Assembly (NCBI RefSeq): GCF_018350175.1
Contig: NC_058369.1
Span: 8,434,001-8,494,000 of the forward strand
DNA from: Felis catus
Lineage: Eukaryota
Direction: 5' to 3'
Length of the DNA stretch: 60,000 nt
The translations under genes and the position numbers were made by a program. The notes under the pieces are model-generated. The model saw nothing but the letters and a program-made list of their open reading frames with translations, was not told the origin of the DNA and searched no databases. Shown one piece after another: positions 1 through 29,600 of the stretch (the stretch's first letter is position 1; every line of letters begins with the position of its first letter).

Positions 1-554
1 GGATTTTGTGCATATTTTGGGTTTGGGACCCCAGAAGGCCAGCCCCAGGTTTTTAGGTGAGGAATCTAACTGCCCAGCCTGTCTCGTGGAGTCGCTAACA
101 GATGTAGAAATGAGGACACTCTTGCAGAACTATCAGTGCGTGTGGGCATGAAGCTGGGTCCCCTGGGTCCCCAGAGACAGCAATGGTGGCCAGCAATGCT
201 CACTCTTCCCTTGGCTGAGCATTCGTGCTAAGATTGGGGACAGGGGCTCGGGTGCTCTGAGCCTACAGGTGGTGGATTACTTAACAACGCAGAGCGAAAT
301 AAAGAGAAGACGTCAGGGCTTCCGTAGATTACCCGTGACCTTGGCAAGCTCTTACCCTTTTCTAAACCCCGGGCTAAGGATAGCTCTCTCTTATCAGCTG
401 GGGGGGATGTTCACGAGGTGAGCCATTCACGGGATTGCACAACCAAAGCCTGACAGATATAAGTGCTCCTGTCAAAAAAAAAAAAAAAGGTGACTCATCT
501 CCTTTCCAAAAAGCAAAGCCCTTCCGAAGCAAGAACCACACCTCCCAGACACAA

Positions 555-945
555 GGATGGGCACTATTAAAAAAGAAAAAAAGTATTGGCCAGGATGCGG
601 AGAAGTTAGAACTCTGGTGCACCGTGGGTAGGAATGTAAAGTGGTGCAGCCGCTATGGAAAACGTGGCAGTTTCCTCACAAAATTAAAAATAGAATACCC
701 CAGCCATTTCACTTCTGGGTAAATACCCCCCCCCAAATTGAAAGCAAGGCCTTGAAGGTATTTCTACACCCCATCTTGTTTACAATAGCTGAAAAGGTGG
801 AAGCAAGTGTCCACCGATGGGAGATTATTCAGTCTTAAAAAGGAAATTCTGCCACTTGGTACCGGGATGAACCTTGAGGACGTTAATGCTAAGCGACCTA
901 AGCCAGTCACAAAGACCTCGCTGCACGGTTCCACTTATTTGCCTC
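555..945 (+). mobile_element. Old L1 (L1M-like) 3' fragment
   Basis: Motifs gtattggc-aggatg-ggagaa, ggaatgtaaa-tggtgcagccgctatggaaaac, ggatgaaccttgagga, atgctaag. Confidence 0.7.
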
Positions 946-1220
946 TTGGCTCACAGACCCCTCTGGAGAACTGAGGAGTAAGAGACCTTTAGCTCAGAAA
1001 CATGCAACGTTGTGTATATTTCTGGGACTTGCAAAACCTTCTGAAAGCCACCCATGATCTCCTGGTGGAACAGTCTAGAGGAAAAACAGAGGAAGACGCG
1101 TAGGAGAGCACTTGGGGGAGTGAGGGGAGGGACCCAGGGATGGGCAGGGAGGGTGTCCCACCTCGTTTCGTTGCTGGTGACACAGGGATATTGTTTGCCA
1201 AAAGCCATAAAGCCATATGC

Positions 1221-2601
1221 TTTTTTTTTTTAATTTATTTATTTGTTTCGAGAGAGACAGAGACAGTGCCAGCAGGGGAGGGGCAGAGAGAGAGGGAGAG
1301 GGAGAATCCCAAGCAGACGCGGGGCTCGAACTCACAAAACCGAGATCATGACCTGAGCTCCACTGACCGAGCCACTCAGGCGCCCCAATTTTTTTTCAAG
1401 GGGGATTTTGTTGCACCTTCCACCGTGCTAAACATTTCTGTAGTGTTAGAATTTTGCCTTTTACAATGACTATGAATTGTTTTGTCACAAGGAAAACAAT
1501 GAGTAAAGATATTTTTCTGAAGTCTTCACGGCGGGTGTCCATTAAAACTTCTTGTAACAGTGGCAATGCGTTGGATTTCTGCAGCTCAATACAACGGCCG
1601 CCAGGTGCTTGTGGCTATTGGGCACAAATTTACTATAACTCATTTATATTTCAATGGAAATAGACACATGCAGACACATTTATGTTTAAGTGGAAGTAGG
1701 GGCGGGCGCCTGGGTGGCTTGGTGGGTTAACGGTCCGATTGTTGATTTCCGTTCGGGTCATGATCTCACAGTTCATAGGTTCAAGCTCCACATCAAGCTC
1801 TGCGCTGACAATGTGGAGCCTGCTTGGGATTCCTTCTCTCTCTCCCTCTCTCTGCCCCTCCCCTGCTTGCTCTCTGTCTCAAAATTAAAAAAATAAAAAA
1901 CTTTAAATAAATAAATGGAAATAGCCACTTGGGACAGTGCCTGTGTAGTGCAGAGCAAAGGGAATTTACTGTGACTTTCCTGTTGCCTTGAACACTAAAA
2001 TGAGCCCTTTTCTTTTTATGTTTATTTTTTGAGACAGAGAGAAACAGAGCATGAGTGGGGGTGGGGCAGAGAGAGGAAGGCACAGAATCTGAAGGAGGCT
2101 CCAGGCTCTGAGCTGTCAGCACAGAGCCCAACATGGGGCTCGAACCCACAAACCGTGAGGTCACGACCTGAGCCGCAGTCGGACGCTTAACCAACTGAGC
2201 CACCCAGGCGCCCCAATTACTTATTTATTTTTAAATATTTAAATGTTTCTTTTTTTGAGAGAGAGAGAAAGCACGATTGGGGAAGGGGCAGAGAGAGAGG
2301 GAGACAGAGGGTCTCAAGCAGGCTCTCCACTGACAGCACAGAGCCCGATGTGGGGCTTGATCTCACCAACCTTGAGATCATGGCCTGAGCTGAAGTCAGA
2401 CGCTTAACTGAGCCACCCAGGTGCCCCTCTTATTTATTTGAGAGAGAACACAAGCAGGGGAGAAGGGTAGAGGGAGAGGATCATAAGTAGGTACCATGCT
2501 TAGCACAGAGCCCGACTCAAGGCTCAAACTCTCAAACTGTGAGATCGTGACCTGAGCCGAAACCAAGAGATGCTCAACCAACTGAGCCACCCAGGTGCCC
2601 C
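1221..2601. mobile_element. Cluster of five carnivore SINEs (~1221-1386 -, 1700-1915 +, 2007-2214 -, 2220-2427 -, 2430-2601 -)
   Basis: GGGGCGCCTGGGTGGCTCAG heads, (CT)n and A-rich tails; boundaries approximate. Confidence 0.85.
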
Positions 2602-2634
2602 TAAAAAGCGATCTATTTTAAAGCTTAAAGAGGA

Positions 2635-3278
2635 CTCCCTGGGAATGCAAGCTGGTGCAGCCACTCTGGAAAGCAGTCTGGAGGTTCCTCAAAAAACTAA
2701 AAATAGAACTACCCTATGACCCAGCCATTGCGCTACGAGGCATTTATCCGCGAGATACAGGTGTGCTTGTTTCGAAGGGACACATGCATCCTAATGTTTC
2801 CAGCAGCACTATCAACAATAGCCCAAGTATGGAAAGAGCCCAAATGTCCATCAATGGATGAATGGATAAAGAAGATGTGGTATATATGTACAATGGAGTA
2901 TTACTCGGCAACCAAAAAGAATGAAATCTTGCCATTTGCAACTACGTGGATGGAACTGGAGGGTATTATGCTAAGTGAAATTAGTCAGAGAAAGACAAAA
3001 ATCGTATGATTTCACTCCTATGAGGACTTTAAGAGACAAAACAGATGAACATAAGGGAAGGGAAACAAAAATAAGATAAAAACGGAGGGGGACAAAACAG
3101 AAGAGACTCATAAATACGGAGAACAAACTGAGGGTGACGGGAGGGGTTGTGGGAGGGGGGGATGGGATAAATGGGTCAGGGGCACTAAGGAATCTACTCC
3201 TGAAATCATTGTCGCACTAGATGCTAACTAATTTGGATGTAAATTTAAAAAATAAGAAATAAAATTAAAAAAAAAAAA
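2635..3278 (+). mobile_element. 5'-truncated carnivore L1 (ORF2 C-terminus, 3'UTR, polyA) with TSD
   Basis: ORF2 tail IELPYDPAI / KCPSMDEWIKKMWYI...ILPFATTWMELEGIMLSEISQ; A-tail; TSD cttaaagagga at 2624-2634 and 3279-3289. Confidence 0.92.
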
Positions 3279-3342
3279 CTTAAAGAGGAATACAGTGAAC
3301 CAAAGACCAGACACTGATGCGTGGATATTATCATAAAGTAGC

Positions 3343-3348
3343 TTTATT
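3343..3348 (-). terminator. KANK2 polyadenylation signal AATAAA
   Basis: Plus-strand tttatt, followed on the minus strand by GT-rich GTGTCTGGTCTTTGG. Confidence 0.75.
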
Positions 3349-4075
3349 AAATTCCTTTACCTTCTAAAAAAACGATTATAAAAAGGAATACTTCATTTAA
3401 GTGTAATACTGTCTTTATGGACGTACCGTGGTCGGGAAGTGAAGTTAAAGGTCATGAATACACGTGACAGGAGAACAGGGGACAGAGGCGGGATGTCCCT
3501 GTAGCCTAGCATACCAAGCCCAATGGGTAGGGGGAGAGGGGAGAAGGGAAAGCAGGGATAAATATGGACTTATGTGGGGAGCGGCGTCGATGAGCTGCTT
3601 CTAGGAGCTTCGCTTGACCATACCACTGGCTCCGGGGCCAGACGCGCAGGTACACAACTTGTGTCCCCGCTTCTCAAAGCTGCCCAAAGTTGTGGCCTTC
3701 TGTCAGACACCAGCAGTTGTCCCCAGTAGGCTTTGGTTTTGTTTTCTCTCCAGTGCACACGCGCACACACGCACACGCACACACGCACACAGCACACACG
3801 CACAATCTGGGGTGTCTCCTTCAACCATCCAAACTCTTTTGTCTTAGGTACCTCCCTTCAGTCAAAATCAAAGCAAGCCAGACTCCATCAAGCCAAGAAG
3901 CCTACTTCTGTAGGCAAGAAGCCAGCGCTCTGCTTTACTGAATGACCACGAGCGAGCGCTCATGGGCCGAGCGGACAGAAGCGGACAAGAGAGGACAGGA
4001 CACCTATCAGCCAGGGATCTTACTCCTTGTCATGAGGCACTTAACTTCTCAAGGCTCGGAACCCCCCCCCACCTT

Positions 4076-4104
4076 TTGTTATTGTTGTTGTTGTTGTTGT
4101 TGTT
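4076..4104. repeat. (TTG)n microsatellite in KANK2 3'UTR
   Basis: About 9 TTG units seen directly, one interrupted. Confidence 0.9.
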
Positions 4105-5424
4105 CACAAAAGGAAGGAACTGGAAAGAAAACTATGTGGAGAGTCTGAGGACAAAACAGGCCATGAAGGAAACTGCGTGTGTCTGGAGAGCCCTATTTCC
4201 AGCAGGCTCTGTTCCAGGCAGCTCCGGAAAGCCTATAGGTTGTTGGGGGGGAAAAAAAAAAACCAAAAAAAAACACACACAAAAAAAACCCCCAGCTGGC
4301 CCTTGTTTGGTTTTCGGCAAAGCCCTGTCTCTTTAAGTTTGCACTGGGAGCCCTCAGGGGGGCAGCCAACTTTTAATTGTGTGCACATGGAGTTTCTGGA
4401 GCTTGCCCTGTGTTCTGCCAGCAAGTACATGTCCTGTTTTGTCTTTTTTTTTTCCCCCTTTGCGGGGAGAAATTGTGGAGTCTGGGGAGGATGAGGACGG
4501 CCCGCTACCAGGGTTCTAAGCCCGGGGACTCAAACAGCTGCTCTGGGAACCGGATTCATTTCCTGAATCCCCAGGTCTGAAGGATTTTCTAGGAAAATTA
4601 ATATTTGCCAGAGCCTCCACGCGTGGAGGGGATGGATTTCTGGGTGATCTCTCGATGTCTCGGCTGCGGGGTCCTGAGCCGCCCCGCCGCCCCCCCACCC
4701 CCACTTGACTGGAGGTGACGCAGGCAGTGGCAGTGAGACAGCAGAACAAAAAGGACTGAGCTCCCTGCCCTGGGGGACAAGGACAGAATCTGTTTTGCGA
4801 AGAGACCAGAAGACAGTTCCCCCCCAAGAAAGCTGTCTGGGGAGGGCGGGGCTGGGGGCAGGGGGTAGTGGACAAAACACTATTATATACCAGACAATTA
4901 AATGTGGGGCGTGCGAGGGGGGCGTTAAGCCACTCCGGACGTGACCCGTGCGTAACAACATTCAGGATTAAAATGAAACTATGCGATTCCAGTGACTTTC
5001 AAATCTGGCAACAAGTAATACGATTCCCGCCCGCCCCCCCCCCCCCCCCCAATGATTCAAAAATACAGTATTTTTCCCTTTCGCCCTCCTCCGTCCGTAA
5101 TTGTCAGTTGATTGTTCTCAACGTTCTTCATAAACCCACGCCCCGGCCTCGGCCGCTGGCGCCAATTTATGTAAGAATTTAGCTCCGGTCTGCACCGCGG
5201 CTGCTTTGAACTGGTGTACCAGGAAAAACCCGCTATAAAGCTGGAGTCATGTTGCTGTTGGGGGCTCCTCCTGGGAAGCAGAAGAAAATCCCACTTGCCT
5301 TTGTGACTCGGGCCTTGGTGGGTATGGGGGGGGGGGTGCCGGCGAGGGAGGAGGGAGGAGACGAGGGAGGAGGGACGGTTCGCTCTGGGGCTGGCTGGCT
5401 CCCCCCCCCGGGCCTCCCTCCCGG

Positions 5425-25875
<20,451 letters not shown>

Positions 25876-27799
25876 CCTCTGGTCTGCAGAAGCTCCTCAA
25901 GAGTCACTTGGGGTCTGTGACTCAGATCACCTGCAGCTTGGGCTGAGGCTTACCTGGGAGGAGGGGTATTGGAGCTTGGAGTCAGGAGGAGTCTGCAGGG
26001 GGGGGGGGGATGGGGCCACCCCCCCTCCACAGCTGCCCCCCTCCCAACACTCCCTCTTCCCCAAGTTCCGGGACCCTCTCCTAGGAACACACCCGGCCTG
26101 GCTGTGGAAAGGGGTGGGGGGCCCCCACGGCCTGGAACAAAGAAACCAAACCTCACAGCCTGCCTGCACATCTGTCCAGCCCCTGGACAGGCTCCAGCTG
26201 TTCCCACAGCCCCGCCTCCACAAGGCCCTGGGCCGGGGGGCCCCAAGCCCGACAGGCCCCACCCTTCCTGCACCCCTCCTCTCAGTCCAGGCCAGAAGCT
26301 GGCTACAGGGACAGATAGGGGCTGAGATGGGCAGGGGGTTGGGGGACAGGCTTCCTAAGTGCAGGAAAGCCCTCCTGCAAGAATCCAAGGACACAGAGAC
26401 ACAGGGGCAGAGGAGAGATGAAGCTGAGGGTAGGGGACCCCAAAGGAGAGCCGGGTCAGGCCAGCCAGGGTAGGGGGGCAGGGAAAGTTAGGGGGAGGCA
26501 GTGAGGAGCAAAGCCTTTCCTCTTTATGGAAACAATTTTCTCTAAAAATAAACAGTTTCGCTGCCGGGCTACACGAGAACTTCCTGCCCCCCCAGGATGC
26601 GTCCGGCTCAGGGGCGCAGCAGGGATAGAGGGCCGGGTGGTGTCCAGGGAAGTCATGGGGGTTGTGGGGGGGGGGGCGGGGAGGAAGTAAGGGCGCCTGG
26701 AGGCTGCAAAAGGGAGGGACAATCAGAGCCTCTCACTAACTCCCCCTCAGCCCTGGAGGCCGGCCAGGGCCCTCCTGTCCCCAACACTCAGCCTGAGCTT
26801 GGCCAGTCCTTTCTGCCGTCTGACCTCCAGCCACCCCGCTCCAGAGGCCCCAGCCCATCCTACCACCAGGCAGGACCCTTTCTGGCCTGTGGGTGCCAGG
26901 GCGGTGGGTACCTGGGAGGATGGGCCAGGTGGGGCACTTGCCGGGCATGAAGGCGGGGCTGGGGCTCCGGGGCAGCCGGGCTTGTCCTTGTCTTACACCC
27001 TGCTCGTCCCTCGCTTAGTGTCTTGCTTAGTCTCTCCGCGCTTCTCTGCCTCTCTCCACGTTCTGTCTCTCGGTGCCTCGCTCCACTTCTCTCTCCGTCT
27101 TTCTTCACGTCTTTGTCTTTCAACGCCTGGAACACAGTCACCAATTGTATGAAATCTGGGTTTTCACCTGCTTGGAGGCTCACCCCCTACGCACCTGGGA
27201 GGTGATCAAAACTCTTTTCTGGACACCTGAGACAGACTGGTGGCAGGAAGCAGGACTGGAATGGCCTGTGGGGGCCCCTGGAGGTGAAAAGCGGTGGGGC
27301 AAATAATAGTAATAACTGTAACAATCACCCCAGAAGCTCATTTGATCACAACGTCCCCATCAGGCACACGGTTATCGATCGCTCTGTTTTGCAAATAAGG
27401 AATGGGGGGCGGGGTAGGCACAGAGATGCACAGTGACTTGCCCAGGGTCACCGGAGGGGGAAGTGGCTGGGTCTGGACTCGAACCTAAGCCTGGCAGATT
27501 CCCCACTATTGGCCACACCACCCCCACCTCCCAATGCCACATCCCTCTGCCCACTTCCCAGAGAGACTGAGGTCTGAGGGTCTCCAGCCATCGGACCGCC
27601 CTCTACGTGCGCGGATGACCACAGGTCGAGAAAGCAGAGCGGGGTGGGCGGGGTGGTGAGGGAGGTGTCTGTGGCCGAAGCCCCTCTCCCTCTATGGGAC
27701 CCCTGGGATATAGACAAGGAAAAGCAGGATAGGAGAGAGATGGAGAGAATGGGAGGCGAGACACTCCAAGAGGGGACAGGTAAGGGGGTGCCGGGTCCC

Positions 27800-28950
27800 A
27801 GGCGGGCCCGAATGTCCGGCGGAGTCTCCTTCCAGCCCCACTCCCAGCCAAACCTGGACGTCTCTGGGGTCTCTCCGACCCAAAGACCCCGGCAGGGGTG
27901 ACCCCGCCCCGTGCAGGGAGGGGGCGGGGCCTGCGGGGTCCCCGGCTAATGGCAAACAGCTGCCGCTCCCCACACCGGCCCAGCCGCCAGGCCGAGGCCC
28001 AGCCCGGCCGGACGCCCGGCCGCCTTCCCGCCGTCTGGGGCCTGGCTCTGCTCGGCCACGGAGGAGGGCGAGGGGGGACAGAGTGGGGGTAAAGAGGTAG
28101 AGAGGAGGATCGAGATAGGGGAGAGGGGCAGAGGGAAGACAGTGATGCGGGAAAGGGGCAGGACACCTGGAGGAGGATGCGGCCGGGGAAGAGAAGCAGG
28201 GACGGGGTCAAAGACGGGGAGGGGACAGAGACGCGGGGGAACGAGACACTCCAAGTACGGAAAGTTTAGACCTAGATGGAGGAGTTGGAGGCAGCGGCTC
28301 GTAGAGAACGGCGAGGTCGCGTCCCGGGATTGGGGGTGGGTGGGGTGGGGACCACGCTCGAACCCCGAACCGGACTCGAACCCCGACCCAGCCTCGGGTC
28401 CTACTCGCCTCGCGCGCTCCGGCCGCCGCCGTCCCAGCGTCCCGCCGCCCGCGCGTCCTCCGCGCGCCACCGCCCGGCCGCCCGGCCCTCGGCGGTGGCT
28501 CCGCCCCCGCCCTGCCCCCTCCGGGCCGGCCCCGCCCCCAGTCGCCGGCAGCCTGGACGGCCGTGGGGGGAAGGGGGAGCCAGGGGATGCCGGGAGAACG
28601 CGATTGCACCTGGACTGCAGGTGTGTGGGTGCGCGCCCGAGCGAACCGGTGTCGTCCTCTCGCCCCTCCTCCCGGAGTCCCCAGGGCAGGGTCCTCCCCA
28701 CCGCTGCAGCTGGGCGCCGCGGGGGGCGGGAGGGGGCGGGGCCGGCCGGGGCCCAGCTCCGGGAGGGCGCGGGCGGGCGGCGGCGGTGGCGGCGGGAGGT
28801 CACCCCTCCCCCAGCCGGCCCAAGGCTGGAAGCGGCCCAGCACAGGCCTGGTACAGGGTGGCGTGACGGCCGCGCGGTGGGGAGTGGGGCTGGGTCAGTG
28901 CGAGGCTGCACAGCCTCCGGCTAAGCCAGACCTGGCTTAGCAGCCTTTAA
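27800..28950. promoter_or_regulatory. CpG island / KANK2 promoter and non-coding first exon(s)
   Basis: Very high GC and CpG density with many GGGCGG boxes, ~2.5-3 kb upstream of the KANK2 ATG; donor-like sites at 28610 and 28409. Confidence 0.8.
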
Positions 28951-29557
28951 CGGCAGGCTAAGCAGCCTTTAACTGCTTGGTGCCTCAGTTTCCCCAGCTG
29001 TAAAACCGGGTTAAAAATGCTTCCTACCGGATAATGGCATTGAGAAGATTCACTAACCAGGAGGCAGGGGCCTGAAGGAGGCCCCTCAGGCAAAAGGGCC
29101 CATAAATGGGGCAGTGTCTATCTCGGCGCCCTTTAGGGCAGGGCTGAGTACTCTGCAAGGGTTTCACTAACGTTACTATTATTCCCCACGGGCACGTGAC
29201 ATTGTTATCTGTGTGTCGACTCCTCTACTAGAATGACAGCTCCACAAGGGCAGGCATTTGCCCGTTTGTCACTGCTGTGCTCCAGGCACCCAGTGAGTTC
29301 TCAGAGTCTGTCAAAGATCAGGGTGTGCGGACGTGACCCAGCTCCCAGGATCCACATCAAACAGGCTGCTTATGAAAACCATTTTAAATTAGAAAAGGTA
29401 AGAAGCATCAGTGCACACAGATGGGAACAGAGGAACAGAGGGCCCAGCCCCGTGTGCAAATTGACCACCCCACAGCCCAGTGTGCAGTGGGGGAAAGGCA
29501 CAGGCGGTGGAGGCCAGGGTGCTGGTTCTTCTGGGCCTGGCTTCAGGCCTCGCAGGC

Positions 29558-29600
29558 TCAGAGGTCGGCCTTCCGGAAACTTGCTCTGTTCAAGGAGTTC
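29558..29600 (-). CDS. DOCK6: DOCK6 exon 48 coding part
   Basis: 43 nt; [17 protein letters not shown]. Confidence 0.93.

Larger units (their letters stand above)
3325..5424 (-). other. KANK2: KANK2 3' UTR (~2.1 kb; end approximate)
   Basis: Repeat-poor sequence between the stop codon and the AATAAA at 3343-3348; transposons begin just beyond it. Confidence 0.75.

Noticed and set aside
1..550. Possible part of the neighbouring gene (SPC24 by human synteny)
   Set aside because: No recognisable exon or CpG island in this stretch
1793..2590. Recurrent [13 protein letters not shown]... ORFs and tRNA-like heads
   Set aside because: Translations of tRNA-derived carnivore SINEs, not genes or tRNAs; the same applies to the other copies in the window
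2655..3009. ORFs resembling a protein C-terminus
   Set aside because: Frameshifted L1 ORF2 tail of a truncated insertion
26990..27170. Possible KANK2 non-coding exon 2 (GA-rich, acceptor near 27167)
   Set aside because: Plausible, but I could not fix the donor from sequence alone
27603..28940. Several 200-320-aa ORFs on both strands
   Set aside because: Arg/Pro/Gly-rich products of a stop-poor CpG island
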